NCBI GenBank assembly: GCA_963840035.1
Contig: CAWIXE010000002.1
Span: 1,536,001-1,600,000 of the forward strand
Direction of reading: 5' to 3'
Origin: a candidate division FCPU426 bacterium
Lineage (GTDB): Bacteria; Oederibacteriota; PGYV01; Palsa-1178
Length of the DNA: 64,000 nucleotides
The notes below the pieces were generated by a model. The model did no database searches and had not been told where the DNA came from. It saw only the letters and a program-made list of their open reading frames with translations. Position numbers and translations under genes: made by a program. Below are positions 22,777-33,814 of this stretch, piece by piece. How positions within the stretch are numbered: position 1 is the stretch's first letter; each line of letters opens with the position of its first letter.

Positions 22777-23483
22777 ATCCAGCCTTTCTTTTTCATCAGG
22801 GGGACCAGCTGCCTTAACTTTTTTATCTTAGGCACGTCATGCCCGCCTTCCCCCTTAAAGGAGAACTGCGCGTGTTTTGAATCCCTCAGCAGCCATACCA
22901 CCTTAACCCCTGCCTTAATGCCGCCTTTAATATCGGCCAAGTAATTATCCCCCACATAAAGGAACTCTTCTTTTTTTACTTTCGCTTTCTTCACAGCAAT
23001 TTCAAATATTTTCCTGTGCGGTTTCTCAACTCCCGCGTCCTCGGATATTATGATATTGTCAAACTTGTCCGCAAGTCCGGTGCGCTTAAGCACGTACATA
23101 AGCTCTGCCGGCGCGTTTGATATAACCCCCATTTTCAGGCCGGCGCTCCTGACTTCCCTTAGCACCCCTGATACTTCCCTGTACGGCCTGAAGCTGGTGC
23201 CGGATTTCAGCCGCTTTTTTACAATTTCAAGGAGGGCCGGGTCCTGTATTCCGAGGTCCCTGAAAACAAGCCTCATATAATGGTCCCATTTTTCAGAATC
23301 CGACATTATTCCTTTTGACACGATGCTTTTCATTGCTCCGGCTGCCTTGTTTATAGCGGCGGCAACCCGGCTCAGCGCCTTTTTATGCCCGGCGCCGCGT
23401 ATAAGCCCCGATGTTATGGCAATTAGCGACGGGTTCCTGTGGATGAGCGTCTCGCCCGCGTCAAAAAATACGGCTTTTACCAT
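22773..23483 (-). CDS. HAD-family hydrolase (subfamily IA)
   Basis: FFDAGETL, VISN, EKP, YVGDNYLADI. Confidence 0.88.
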   Translation of the reverse strand: MVKAVFFDAGETLIHRNPSLIAITSGLIRGAGHKKALSRVAAAINKAAGAMKSIVSKGIMSDSEKWDHYMRLVFRDLGIQDPALLEIVKKRLKSGTSFRPYREVSGVLREVRSAGLKMGVISNAPAELMYVLKRTGLADKFDNIIISEDAGVEKPHRKIFEIAVKKAKVKKEEFLYVGDNYLADIKGGIKAGVKVVWLLRDSKHAQFSFKGEGGHDVPKIKKLRQLVPLMKKKGWI

Positions 23484-24151
23484 TTTTCCTTTTTTGCCTT
23501 TTTTGCCTTAGGGTATAATATCGCGTTTACGGCCTCTTCCGGCGTCGACACTATGCGTATCAAATCCAGATCCTCCGGTGATATGTATTTTTCCCTGTGC
23601 ATTTCCTCTTTAACCCATTCCAGCATTCCTTTCCAGAAGGTCTTGCCATAAAGCACTATGGGAAATGGCTTTATCTTCTGGGTCTGCATCAGGGTCATGG
23701 CTTCAAACAGTTCGTCAAGTGTCCCGAAACCGCCGGGAAATACTATAAAGGCGGATGCGTATTTTACAAACATCACTTTTCTGGCGAAAAAGTACCTGAA
23801 GCCCATCTGGATGGTGGCAAACTTATTCGGGTGCTGTTCATGAGGCAGTTCTATATTCAAGCCTATGGATGTCCCTCCAGCCTCAAAAGCGCCTTTATTT
23901 GCCGCTTCCATGATTCCGCCGCCGCCCCCTGTTATGATGGCATATCCTTTCTTTGCCAGGAGTTTCGCGGTCTTTTCAGCAGCAGCGTAGTATTTGCCGT
24001 CCCTCGGCTCCCTGGCAGAACCAAATATGGATATTCCATTGGTAATCTCGCCTAAGGCCTCAAAACCGTCTACAAACTCTGATATGATCCTGAACATCCT
24101 CCATGAGTCGTCAGCTATATTCTCAAGCACATACTGTTCCCTGTATTTCAT
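23477..24151 (-). CDS. LOG-family protein (TIGR00730 type)
   Basis: IFGSAR, TGGGGGIMEAAN, FPGGFGTLDEL. Confidence 0.92.
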   Translation of the reverse strand: MKYREQYVLENIADDSWRMFRIISEFVDGFEALGEITNGISIFGSAREPRDGKYYAAAEKTAKLLAKKGYAIITGGGGGIMEAANKGAFEAGGTSIGLNIELPHEQHPNKFATIQMGFRYFFARKVMFVKYASAFIVFPGGFGTLDELFEAMTLMQTQKIKPFPIVLYGKTFWKGMLEWVKEEMHREKYISPEDLDLIRIVSTPEEAVNAILYPKAKKAKKEKW

Positions 24152-24167
24152 AAACACCTCCATTCAA

Positions 24168-24299
24168 ATTTAAAACTGAAAACTTAAAACTGAAAGTTGA
24201 GACTTTACCACTTATTTTACCGTTTTCTTCCTTTACTTTCAACACGCAGTTATTTGTTTTTGATTCAACTTTCAGTTTTCAGCTTCAAGTTTTAAGTTG
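24168..24299. repeat. Heptamer inverted array (AACTGAA/TTCAGTT family)
   Basis: Left arm aaaactgaaaacttaaaactgaaagttga pairs with right arm tcaactttcagttttcagcttcaagtttt; related copies near 2577 and 18457. Confidence 0.75.
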
Positions 24300-24301
24300 A
24301 T

Positions 24302-25330
24302 TTATTCCCCGCCAAAGAGTTTATAAATCCTCACCACGTTCTCCCCGGTCAGATTCCATAGCAGGTCTCCTAAACCACGCAGGGGGGCTGTTATAATGCC
24401 CAGTTTCAGCCTGTCAGATATGGAACTTTTAAAGGCATCCCCGTAGTACTTGAATATGTTGCCAAAATCAGAATCATCTATGTCAAACTTGAAATTGATG
24501 TAGAAATTTCCATCCGAATCCTTCAGGAAGTCCGTTAACTGTTCCACCGACACATTAAACAGGGCCTTCACATCAAGCCCCGTTTCTTCCCTCATTTTTA
24601 CCTTCTCGAACTGCATGATGTTGTTGACATATATCCGCCTCATCTCGCCTTTTAACTGGACTATAAAATTAATCCTGCCGGCGTCGAACTTGATCCTGTT
24701 CTTCCTGAACATTGGTTCGAATAGCTTCGGATTTATTCCGGTGGCGAAGATATTGACGAAGAATTTATTTGTATAATACGGGAAGAAATACATTTTCAGG
24801 AATACTTTCTGACCCGGTTTTCCGAAGATATTGCCGGTACAATCCAGAGTCAGGAATTCCTCACTTTTGGTGTTTCCCTTTGACGAGCTTATGCCGTTAA
24901 TGCCGGATATATAAAAACGGTATTTCTGTTCTATATCCTCAAATTCCACAGCCGAGTTAAATATATACAGATACCTGCAAAATGGTATGGCAAAAGGCTT
25001 TGCCTGGCCGTTATCCGGCTTTATTGCTCCTGGCTTTTTTACAAACCGTACCTTTGCCCATGCCGCTATAATGCCGTCAACTGCCTTTACATAATCCTTT
25101 TTAATTATATTCCCGAGGTTTAGGTCTATCATTACGAACGGCGCTGTGAGGTTGCCGCTGGAAAAATCAGCGAGAATAACCCTGTCAGGTGTGATGGCAC
25201 AGGCAAACAGGTAATCGGTTCCCGGGGAATATTTTTTAACCAAGGGACGCAATTCCTTATTTATATATATATTTGAAGCTGTGAATACCGCAAAGATAAG
25301 AACCAGCAGCTGGGCTGTTATCTTTTTCAT
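24302..25330 (-). CDS. Hypothetical envelope protein (AsmA/DUF748-like beta-rich)
   Basis: N-terminal hydrophobic segment, beta-rich body, LKDSDGNFYINF; family call tentative. Confidence 0.5.
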   Translation of the reverse strand: MKKITAQLLVLIFAVFTASNIYINKELRPLVKKYSPGTDYLFACAITPDRVILADFSSGNLTAPFVMIDLNLGNIIKKDYVKAVDGIIAAWAKVRFVKKPGAIKPDNGQAKPFAIPFCRYLYIFNSAVEFEDIEQKYRFYISGINGISSSKGNTKSEEFLTLDCTGNIFGKPGQKVFLKMYFFPYYTNKFFVNIFATGINPKLFEPMFRKNRIKFDAGRINFIVQLKGEMRRIYVNNIMQFEKVKMREETGLDVKALFNVSVEQLTDFLKDSDGNFYINFKFDIDDSDFGNIFKYYGDAFKSSISDRLKLGIITAPLRGLGDLLWNLTGENVVRIYKLFGGE

Positions 25331-26593
25331 TTATTCCTCAAAAATCTTCATCTGCAGGTTTTTGGTCTTATCCTTAAACCCTTCAAGCTGCCTGAAAATG
25401 GATATCTTTCCGAATTCGCCGTCATAACCAGGTATGATATTGACTTTTTCCTCCCGCACGCGCATGATGGCGTCGGTTATCTTTTCGTCGGTTATGGTTA
25501 AGAGCTCTTCCCTGCTGCGGTCCATAAGTATTTCAAATTCCGTCCCGCCTTTTACCAGCATTTTTTCATATTCTCCCTGGACTTTTTTGCTCGCCGGGGC
25601 CACTTCCCTGCAGTCGGATATGATCTCCTGAAGCTGTATCAGGTGCTTCTGCGGGATGGCGTTAGCCGGGACATAATCCCAAGGCCTGTCAGCCAGTTCC
25701 TCGATCCGGTGCAGCACGCCGAGAGTCAGCGGTTTAAAGCATACGGGGCATCTGTTCTTTTTTGCCTTTGATTCCCTTGGGTGGTATGAAATATTGCACA
25801 GCCGGTGTCCGTCATAGTGGTACTTGCCCTCTTCAGGGAAAAATTCTATGGTGTATTTGAACCTCTTTTTATCCTTTTTTTCTATAATATCCCTGATTTC
25901 ATAATAATCCAACTTACAGTCAAATACATTTGCTTCCCTGCCGATTTTAGATGGCGAATGGGCGTCGGAGTTTGAAATCAGGGTAATATTGTCCAGCGCG
26001 GATATCCTCCAGTTTGCCGAAGGGTCGGAGGAGAGGCCCGTTTCTATCGCGTGTATGTATTTTGACTCAGGCCCGAAACATTCCTCTATGGAATCAAACC
26101 CTGATTTCGATCCAAATATCGAGAACCACGGGGTCCAGGCGTGAGCGGGAATTATCATTGCGTCAGGCGTTATATCAAGCGTGTATTTTACAAGGTCCCT
26201 GACTGAAAACCCGAATATGGGCCTGCCGTCAGAGGCGGTGTTGCCCTTCTTGGAAAGCAGCTTGGAAAAACCTTCCGCGTCCTTTAAAGTCGGCATTATG
26301 ATAAGCGTATGTATTTTCCTTACTTTTCCATCCTGCTTGTATATGTTTGAAATTTCCGTGGATAATATCATGCGCGCGTCTGTCTTTCCGTCCTTTAGCC
26401 TGTAAAGGCCCGGTTCCGCTTCCTTGAGCTTATTTTTCAGTTCGCCCAGATAAGCCGGGTGCTGAAAATCCCCGGTGGCAATAACTCCAATGCCCTTTTT
26501 ATCAGCCCATTTTGTTATGGAGGCCGGGTTCATTTCCTTAGATGTGGCGCGCGAATATTTTGAGTGTACGTGAAAGTCAGCTATTATCCTCAT
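25331..26593 (-). CDS. Endonuclease Q family protein (PHP domain plus Zn ribbon)
   Basis: ADFHVHSKYSRATS, PAHAWTPW, IETGLSSD, SNSDAHS, GKYHYDGHR.C, CPVC, PGYDGEFG. Confidence 0.9.
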   Translation of the reverse strand: MRIIADFHVHSKYSRATSKEMNPASITKWADKKGIGVIATGDFQHPAYLGELKNKLKEAEPGLYRLKDGKTDARMILSTEISNIYKQDGKVRKIHTLIIMPTLKDAEGFSKLLSKKGNTASDGRPIFGFSVRDLVKYTLDITPDAMIIPAHAWTPWFSIFGSKSGFDSIEECFGPESKYIHAIETGLSSDPSANWRISALDNITLISNSDAHSPSKIGREANVFDCKLDYYEIRDIIEKKDKKRFKYTIEFFPEEGKYHYDGHRLCNISYHPRESKAKKNRCPVCFKPLTLGVLHRIEELADRPWDYVPANAIPQKHLIQLQEIISDCREVAPASKKVQGEYEKMLVKGGTEFEILMDRSREELLTITDEKITDAIMRVREEKVNIIPGYDGEFGKISIFRQLEGFKDKTKNLQMKIFEE

Positions 26594-26673
26594 AAGACTC
26601 CTTGGTAAATTAATAAGTTAGAAGTAATAAGTCAGAAGTGTTACAAAAACGGACCCGTTCCACATCCAACTTA

Positions 26674-27177
26674 TTACTTATTACTTTTTACTTTAAATTT
26701 TTTAATAAAACTCACATGCCCTCTGAAAGCTATAAATGGCAGCTTTTTATAATCATAAAAAGCCGCGTCTTCGGCGTCATCACCGGCTTTGAGCCTGCCT
26801 TTTAAACCCTCCACCTTTACCGCCAGCACTATAACAGTCCCAAAAAACGACGTATTAAGGGACAGCGCGTGGAAGAACTTTGCTTTATCCGCCTTTAAAC
26901 CCGTCTCTTCCTTTAGCTCGCGGAGCGCCGCTCCCTCTATGCTTTCACCCTGCTCCATAAAGCCCCCCGGCAGCGCCCAGGTCCCGGCCATGGGCTGGAT
27001 CTTTCTCTTTACAAGCAGAATTTTACCATCTTTTTCCGCCAGCACGGCAACGCCCGGCGCGGGGTTGTTAAAATAATGTTTTTTACACTTTTTGCAGTAC
27101 TTAACCGCAAGGCCGTGGGTTTTGTCAAGCCCCAGGACTTCAGTGCAGTATGGGCAGTATTTAAATGCTGATATCAT
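26674..27177 (-). CDS. NUDIX hydrolase with N-terminal Zn ribbon
   Basis: CPYC..CKKC; Nudix box GGFMEQGES...[10 protein letters not shown]. Confidence 0.9.
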   Translation of the reverse strand: MISAFKYCPYCTEVLGLDKTHGLAVKYCKKCKKHYFNNPAPGVAVLAEKDGKILLVKRKIQPMAGTWALPGGFMEQGESIEGAALRELKEETGLKADKAKFFHALSLNTSFFGTVIVLAVKVEGLKGRLKAGDDAEDAAFYDYKKLPFIAFRGHVSFIKKFKVKSNK

Positions 27178-28688
27178 TTTTCAACAACAAACTCAACATT
27201 AACCGAATAAATATTATTACTATTATTTGAGATCAAGTTTTGAATCATATTTTCAATTATCAGTTTAAGATTTTCTTGCTTTATTGACAACATTCCTGGG
27301 TGTGTTATTCTAATTTCTAAGTCAGCCCCGATCTCATTATCACCCCTTACTCTATCAAACATTTTTTTCCTTACTGACACGCCATGTTGTCCAATTTCAT
27401 CATTTAGTTTGTTAGTAATTGCCTCTTTAATTTTTAGAAAATTAGGAGGGACCTTCATTTTTGGCGAAACCGAAACATCAACAAAGCAACAAATTCCAAA
27501 AACTTTTTTCCCGACTTTAAAATAAAACGGAAGACTGTTTACAGAAATATTATATTTTATGTCCGTTATTCTTTCTTCATTAATATAAAATCCCCCGCTT
27601 TTCACTTTTTCATTGGCTTCAGTATTTGAATTAGCCGCATCAACAGCACGTATTAATTCAGCAGGAAATATAACATCTTTGTTAAAATTCCAAAACAACC
27701 TCCGTCCATCTTCATATGGTATTTCCTTATTTGACCCAAATGATTTTTCAAAATATTCTTTACCAAACTCTGCTTGATTTAAACCTAAATATTTCTGTAC
27801 AATTTCAAAAGCAAGCCTTTTTTTAATATCTCTCGGGTTTGTATTTCCGTTCTTCATGGATCTTTCCATGCTGTCTATCTCGTCTATCTCAACTGATGTA
27901 AGCAGTTCATAGTAATTCCTGATTAGTTCGTCCGGAATAGACATTACCTTGCCGTACATATCCTCGGGTTTGTCGTTAAGCCCTATGTAGTTTCCCAACG
28001 ACTTTGACATTTTGTTCTTTCCGTCAAGTCCGAGAAGGATCGGAGTAAACATGCCTACCTGCGGCTCCATTCCCGACTCGCGCTGCAGGAACCTTCCCGC
28101 GATCACGTTAAAGCGCTGGTCTGTCCCGCCTATTTCTATATCCGCCTTTATCATGACCGAATCATATCCCTGCATTACAGGGTACATCATTTCCTGAAGT
28201 GTCAGCGGCCTGCCTTCCTTATAACGTTTGTCAAAAGTATCATGCTCAAGCATCTGGGCAAGGGTGAATTTTGAAACAAGTTTTAGCGTGTCGGCAAATG
28301 TCAGCTTTTCAAACCACGTCCCGTTAAAGACTATGTCCAGGTTTTCTTTGCTTAATATCTTATAAACCTGCTCTTTGTATGTAGCTACGTTCTCAAGTAT
28401 CTGCTCTCGCGTCAAAGGAGGCCTGCCCGAGGTCTTGCCGCTGGGGTCTCCTACCATGGCTGTATAGTCCCCTATAATAAGGATAACCTTATGCCCCATA
28501 TCCTGAAACTGCCTTAATTTATTTAAGGTAACCGTATGCCCGAGATGTATGTCCGCGGAAGTAGGGTCAATGCCGAGCTTTATCACAAGCGGTTTGCCTG
28601 TTTTTAACTTCTTTAGCAGGTCCTCCTCCGTGACTATATCGACAACTCCGCGTTTAAGTACTTTTAACTGCTCTTCAGTTGATAACAC
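27174..28688 (-). CDS. tyrS: Tyrosine--tRNA ligase with divergent, extended C-terminus
   Basis: [13 protein letters not shown] (HIGH), [18 protein letters not shown]. Confidence 0.96.
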   Translation of the reverse strand: MLSTEEQLKVLKRGVVDIVTEEDLLKKLKTGKPLVIKLGIDPTSADIHLGHTVTLNKLRQFQDMGHKVILIIGDYTAMVGDPSGKTSGRPPLTREQILENVATYKEQVYKILSKENLDIVFNGTWFEKLTFADTLKLVSKFTLAQMLEHDTFDKRYKEGRPLTLQEMMYPVMQGYDSVMIKADIEIGGTDQRFNVIAGRFLQRESGMEPQVGMFTPILLGLDGKNKMSKSLGNYIGLNDKPEDMYGKVMSIPDELIRNYYELLTSVEIDEIDSMERSMKNGNTNPRDIKKRLAFEIVQKYLGLNQAEFGKEYFEKSFGSNKEIPYEDGRRLFWNFNKDVIFPAELIRAVDAANSNTEANEKVKSGGFYINEERITDIKYNISVNSLPFYFKVGKKVFGICCFVDVSVSPKMKVPPNFLKIKEAITNKLNDEIGQHGVSVRKKMFDRVRGDNEIGADLEIRITHPGMLSIKQENLKLIIENMIQNLISNNSNNIYSVNVEFVVEK

Positions 28689-28794
28689 GTATACCTCCGT
28701 AGTATGGGTTTATAGCCCAAAGCTCATAGCCCAAGTATCAAAACAACTTGAGCTCTGGGCTCTGGGCTTTGGCCTTTTAGCTTATATCCTGCCC

Positions 28795-30351
28795 TCAATG
28801 CCTGAAATGCCTTACTCCCGTAAACACCATCGCGATTCCCTTTTCATCCGCGCAGGCTATGGAATCCGCGTCCCTTACCGAGCCTCCGGGCTGGATTATG
28901 GCAGATATCCCGGCCGCGGACGCGGCTTCAACATTATCCTTGAACGGGAAGAAAGCGTCTGAAGCCAGAACCGCCCCCTTTGCCTTGTCCCCTGCGTTCT
29001 TTATCGCGATTGCCATGGCGCCGACCCTATTGGTCTGGCCCGGCCCTATGCCGACTGCCACGCCGTTTTTCGCTATTACTATGGCGTTCGACTTTACATA
29101 CTGGCAGACTTTCCAGGCGAACTCCATATCCTTCATCTGCCCCGCGTCAGCGGTTTTTTTCGTTACTGTCTTCATTTCGGATTTGTCGACTTCTTTCCTG
29201 TCAGCTTCCTGCACAAGCAGGCCGCCAGTTACTTTCCTTATGTCCATATACTGAATCCCTTTTCCAATAGTCCTTTTTAGGTCGCCGCACTTCATAATCC
29301 TTATATTCTTCTTCTTTTTCAGTATCTCAAGGGCCTCGGCGTCAAAATCAGGGGCTATAATGACTTCCATGAACATCTTTTCCACATTGTCCGCTATACC
29401 TTTTGTGCATTTTCTATTAAGCGCGCAGATGCCGCCATATGCCGAAAGCGGGTCCGCCTCATAGGCTTTTACATACGCGTCGGTAATATCCGCGCTTATC
29501 GCGACACCGCACGGGTTCGCGTGTTTGATGACGACCGCTGCCGGGTCATCGAAGGCCTTAACTATTGTGAGCGCCGCGTCCATGTCATAAATGTTATTGA
29601 ACGAAAGTTCCTTACCGTGCAGCTGTTCGCAGTTTCCAGGTCCGGTCTCGGGGAAATCAGGGAAAACATAAAAAGCGGCCTTCTGGTGAGGATTCTCGCC
29701 GTAGCGCATTTCCTGCTTTTTGTCGGCTGAGATTATGACCCTGTCAGAAATACCGTCAATGCCCAGTATCCTTGTCTCAAGGTAGTTTGATATATAAGTA
29801 TCGTAGTCTGCCGTGGTCTTGTAGGCTTTCACCCTTAGGTAGTTCAGGGTTTCAGGTGTTACCCCGTCAGCTTTCATCTCAGCCGTGACTTTCGGGTAAT
29901 CGGCCTTGTCTGTAAGAACAACCACAGACTGCGCGTTTTTCGCGGCCGACCTTATCATGGACGGCCCGCCGATGTCTATGTTCTCAATGACGTCTTCTAT
30001 GGATATCCCCGGTTTCTTGATAACCTGCTTGAAGGGATAAAGGTTGATAACAACCATATCAATTGTCTTAATCCCGTGCTTTTCTATGGTTTCCATATGT
30101 TCCTTGTTCTCGCGGAGCGCAAGAAGCCCGCCGTGCACTTTCGGGTGTAGTGTCTTTACCCTTCCGTCGAGCATCTCAGGGAACCCGGTGACGTCGGAAA
30201 TATCAAGCACATCAAGGCCCGCGTCCTTAAAAGCCTTCTTAGTCCCGCCGGTCGATATGATTTCGACACCCATCGCCTTAAGTTCCTTGGCGAATTCAAT
30301 AATGCCGTCCTTGTCTGAAACAGAGATCAAAGCGCGTTTTACCTTTAACAT
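28795..30351 (-). CDS. purH: Bifunctional AICAR transformylase/IMP cyclohydrolase
   Basis: RALISVSDK, GRVKTLHP, IDIGGP, RYGENPHQ, ASDAFFPF, RHFRH. Confidence 0.98.
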   Translation of the reverse strand: MLKVKRALISVSDKDGIIEFAKELKAMGVEIISTGGTKKAFKDAGLDVLDISDVTGFPEMLDGRVKTLHPKVHGGLLALRENKEHMETIEKHGIKTIDMVVINLYPFKQVIKKPGISIEDVIENIDIGGPSMIRSAAKNAQSVVVLTDKADYPKVTAEMKADGVTPETLNYLRVKAYKTTADYDTYISNYLETRILGIDGISDRVIISADKKQEMRYGENPHQKAAFYVFPDFPETGPGNCEQLHGKELSFNNIYDMDAALTIVKAFDDPAAVVIKHANPCGVAISADITDAYVKAYEADPLSAYGGICALNRKCTKGIADNVEKMFMEVIIAPDFDAEALEILKKKKNIRIMKCGDLKRTIGKGIQYMDIRKVTGGLLVQEADRKEVDKSEMKTVTKKTADAGQMKDMEFAWKVCQYVKSNAIVIAKNGVAVGIGPGQTNRVGAMAIAIKNAGDKAKGAVLASDAFFPFKDNVEAASAAGISAIIQPGGSVRDADSIACADEKGIAMVFTGVRHFRH

Positions 30352-30382
30352 AAAGCCTCCATATTAATTACGTTTTTTTATA

Positions 30383-30481
30383 GTAGGGGCGATTCATGAA
30401 TCGCCCGCCTTTCCACGTCGGGCAATTCGTGAATTGCCCCTGCAGTATCCAACATTGAGCCGCAGCAAGCGGCGGCTCTAC
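30383..30481. repeat. GTAG REP doublet plus third REP
   Basis: gtaggggcgattcatgaatcgccc (30383-30406) inverted to gggcaattcgtgaattgcccctgc (30420-30443); gagccgcagcaagcggcggctctac (30457-30481). Confidence 0.8.
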
Positions 30482-30822
30482 AAATTCTTATAATCCTTAA
30501 GAACCTCTTTTGCTTTTACTAAATCCTCTTTGTTCACTATTATTGTCCCGTATTTCCTGCTGCTAAAAAGCCCTCCGAGCGGCAACCTTGAATGAGGAAG
30601 CACATTCGACCTCATAAAACTGTGAATGCCTTCCTGCATGAGCATGTCCCGGAGTATCTGTGATTCCATGTCATTATTCACTTCAGTGAGTTCAGCCACC
30701 TGTATGTCGGGAAGATCGCTTTCATCCTCGTCGACAGGATTATCGGCAACCAATTCCACCTTGCAGTCAGGACATGTTTTAATGCCTTCCTTATATTCAT
30801 AAAAACAATTAGGGCAGAACAT
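30478..30822 (-). CDS. Zn-ribbon plus DUF2007-like small protein, paralog 1
   Basis: MFCPNC..EY..G...CPDC; E..ILR.ML..EGI; IIV...D...AKE. Confidence 0.75.
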   Translation of the reverse strand: MFCPNCFYEYKEGIKTCPDCKVELVADNPVDEDESDLPDIQVAELTEVNNDMESQILRDMLMQEGIHSFMRSNVLPHSRLPLGGLFSSRKYGTIIVNKEDLVKAKEVLKDYKNL

Positions 30823-30823
30823 G

Positions 30824-31210
30824 CTATTCCAAACCCATCGACTTGCGAAGATCTTTTACTACTTCCATAGCCGCACCTTTTTTCTTCTTATTCACGGCAA
30901 CAGTACCTTCCCATCCATGCGGATTGTGTAAAGCAAACAAACCTGCCGCCCTCGAAACAAGAGGCATTAATGATTCATCATTATTAATCGTCTTCTGTTT
31001 TAACATGCATTCTATCCCGTTTTGTTTTAACGCCGCCATCAGAACATCTGCTTCAGCCTGATTTTGCACCATTGCCAGATCAACCGTTTCGATTTCTTCC
31101 GCTTTCTCTATTTTTTGTTCTTTCGGTAAAGCATTAACTAGTTTCTTACCACAATCAGGACACAAACTCACTCCGTCAACATATTCATATCTACAATTAG
31201 GACAGAACAT
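30824..31210 (-). CDS. Zn-ribbon plus DUF2007-like small protein, paralog 2
   Basis: [11 protein letters not shown]...CPDC; EA..L...LKQNGI. Confidence 0.72.
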   Translation of the reverse strand: MFCPNCRYEYVDGVSLCPDCGKKLVNALPKEQKIEKAEEIETVDLAMVQNQAEADVLMAALKQNGIECMLKQKTINNDESLMPLVSRAAGLFALHNPHGWEGTVAVNKKKKGAAMEVVKDLRKSMGLE

Positions 31211-31216
31211 ACACAC

Positions 31217-31840
31217 CTACTTTTTTATATATACGTGCCTTCCTTTGATCTCGAGTTTATCCGCACAAAAGAGCTTTACCGCTTCCATATACGCTTCATG
31301 TTCAAACGGCAGTATTCTTTTCTGGAGCGTTTCCGGCGTATCCCCCTGCTCCACATGGACCGCTTTCTGTATAATAATCGGGCCCGTATCGGTTCCGTAG
31401 TCCACAAAGTGGACGGTACAGCCCGACACTTTCACGCCGTGGGCAATGGCCGCCTCGTGCACGTGAAGGCCGTACATGCCCGGGCCGCCAAAGGCGGGCA
31501 GAAGCGCGGGATGGACGTTTATGATCTTACCTTTGAAATTATCAAGAAATACCTTTGTCAGGATCTTCATATACCCGGCCAGGCAAACAAGGTCAATATT
31601 GCTTTCATTCATCATGCCTGCCAGCGCTTTATCATATTCCTCCGCAGAGGCAAAATCCTTTGGATTTAAGTATAAAGCCTTGATTTTATGCTTTTCAGCC
31701 CGCTGAAGGCCGTATGCATCTTTTTTGTTGGAGAAAACCAGCTCAATGGCCCCTCCTATAATATAACCGGATTCCACGGCATCTATTAAAGCCTGCAGGT
31801 TTGTCCCGCCTCCGGATACAAATACCGCTATTTTTTTCAT
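31217..31840 (-). CDS. purN: Phosphoribosylglycinamide formyltransferase
   Basis: VSGGGTNLQAL, LAGYMKIL, INVHPALLP, SGCTVHFVD..DTGPII.Q. Confidence 0.97.
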   Translation of the reverse strand: MKKIAVFVSGGGTNLQALIDAVESGYIIGGAIELVFSNKKDAYGLQRAEKHKIKALYLNPKDFASAEEYDKALAGMMNESNIDLVCLAGYMKILTKVFLDNFKGKIINVHPALLPAFGGPGMYGLHVHEAAIAHGVKVSGCTVHFVDYGTDTGPIIIQKAVHVEQGDTPETLQKRILPFEHEAYMEAVKLFCADKLEIKGRHVYIKK

Positions 31841-31847
31841 TTTGCTC

Positions 31848-33794
31848 CTAATTACCCGTTTTTTTAAGGGCTTTTTCTGTATCTAAACCGCCTGTTTTAG
31901 CCAGTTTCTGCGCTTCAAGCATGCATTTTTTAGCGTTAACAGGGTCATTATACGACTTATAAACCGAACCCAGGTTATAATAATAATCTTTATTGGGATT
32001 TATTTCAATAGCTTTTTTATAAGCTGAAACGCACTCCTCGCGCCTGCCTGCCATGTAATATATGTTGCCGAGGTTATTATACAAGGAAGGGTCAAGCGGG
32101 TATTTTTCCAGGGCCTTTAGCAGGCATTTCGCCGCAGAATCATAATCGCGCAGGTTGTTATAATAAATATAGGCCAGTTCAAGCAGGGCCGGTTTTAAAT
32201 AAGGGTCAATTTTAAGCATCTTTTTATATTCATCCACGGCATTTGCCGTATCCCCGGCAGCGTTATATATGGAAGCCTTCTTATAATGAAGCAGTACATA
32301 GTCAGGCGCCAGTTTTTCAGTCTCCTGAAGCTGTTTTAAGGCGGCTGCCGCGTCGCCTGAATCGGAATACGTAGCCGCGAGGAAATATGAAGCCGTAATG
32401 TTGTAACGGTTGGCTGATAAGGACTTTTTATACTCTGATATTGCCTCCGGCCACTGCCTGTTCTCGGAGAAGTTAATCGCATTTTTCAGAAAAATATCCG
32501 AAACGTGGCAAAAGGACTGGTAAATTATAATTACAATTGCCAGGACAACAGCCGCGGCCGCGGCATGTTTCTTAAACCGCGACATGTCAACTGCCCTGTC
32601 ATCCTTCTCCGCGGAAAATAAAAGTCCGCCATATACCGCAAGAAACATGGCAGACGGGGCGTAATTAGCGTCAATTCCAAAAAGATTAACGGTAAACAAC
32701 CCGGCGAGCGCAATGGCGAAACCATCCGCGTCAAACTTCCATTTTTTTACCGCAAAAAAAGCCATTGCTATTACGATTATCAGCCCCGGGATTCCTGTTT
32801 CCGCTCCCGCCTGGAGAAGGATATTTTCAGCTCCGGTAATCTCATAACTGTGCTCGGCAGACCACTTCATAATAGCCTCAGGCCTGAACGCCGGGAAATC
32901 AAGATAGAAAGCGCCCGGGCCGCATCCGAAAAACCAGTTATGCTTAACCATTTCCAGCGCCCCTGCCCATGTGTTTGCCCTGAAAAACACAGACTCGTTT
33001 GCCATCCATGCAGCAGGGTCCAGAACCCGCGCCGCAGGCACTCCAAAGATAACAGGCAGAGAAATAATTCCGGCGGCAACAACCGCCGCAATCACGGAGG
33101 AAATAACGGCTTTGCCATTCTTATTATTTCTCAACGCGTATACAATCACCATTAAAATCTCCAATACCAGGGCTGCATAAGCGGCCTTTGACCCTGTCTT
33201 AATCAGGCAGTAAATTGCCGCGGCCCCAAGGACGCCATATATAATCCGGTTCCATGTTTTTGAATTAATGGAAGCCATTATTATGAGCGGGATGACAGCG
33301 GCTAAGTACGCGCCGAAGAAATTGGGGTTGCCCAGCGTCGAGGTAATTCTTGTCCCGAACGCCATAAGCCCCGGTGTAAACCCGGGTATTATTGCCTGGC
33401 CAAAACCTATAATGACAGGGATTGCCGCCGCTATGATAAAACCCGTGCGCAGGTATCCCCTGTCAAGCCCGCGCGCGTTTGCGACCGTAAAAAATAACAG
33501 GCAGGAGCCAAAAAGCGCGGATAATGCCGGAAATGACGCGAATGAATATTTGCTGAAAAACGCGGATACAACAGCCCACAAGAGGAAGGACGCGGGGATG
33601 AATGATTCCCTGCCGGCTTTAAAATCAGCGCGGCGGGCGGTAAATATAATTAAAGATATTATACCCGCTGTCAGGAATATATTTTTAATGAAAATCAGAT
33701 TATAGGACCGGGCAGAAAAAACAAGGGGAACGGCGAAAACAAGGAAAATCAGGGCCCTTTCCATGTTCCGGCGCGGAATATTATTTGCCATCAC
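31848..33794 (-). CDS. O-antigen ligase (Wzy_C)-like membrane protein with TPR C-terminus
   Basis: Multiple TMs, STLGNPNFFG, TGSKAA, R...W, G.GPG.F, N..LQ..AETG..G; TPR repeats. Confidence 0.85.
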   Translation of the reverse strand: MMANNIPRRNMERALIFLVFAVPLVFSARSYNLIFIKNIFLTAGIISLIIFTARRADFKAGRESFIPASFLLWAVVSAFFSKYSFASFPALSALFGSCLLFFTVANARGLDRGYLRTGFIIAAAIPVIIGFGQAIIPGFTPGLMAFGTRITSTLGNPNFFGAYLAAVIPLIIMASINSKTWNRIIYGVLGAAAIYCLIKTGSKAAYAALVLEILMVIVYALRNNKNGKAVISSVIAAVVAAGIISLPVIFGVPAARVLDPAAWMANESVFFRANTWAGALEMVKHNWFFGCGPGAFYLDFPAFRPEAIMKWSAEHSYEITGAENILLQAGAETGIPGLIIVIAMAFFAVKKWKFDADGFAIALAGLFTVNLFGIDANYAPSAMFLAVYGGLLFSAEKDDRAVDMSRFKKHAAAAAVVLAIVIIIYQSFCHVSDIFLKNAINFSENRQWPEAISEYKKSLSANRYNITASYFLAATYSDSGDAAAALKQLQETEKLAPDYVLLHYKKASIYNAAGDTANAVDEYKKMLKIDPYLKPALLELAYIYYNNLRDYDSAAKCLLKALEKYPLDPSLYNNLGNIYYMAGRREECVSAYKKAIEINPNKDYYYNLGSVYKSYNDPVNAKKCMLEAQKLAKTGGLDTEKALKKTGN

Positions 33795-33814
33795 TGCCTT
33801 TTCCGTAATTTAAA

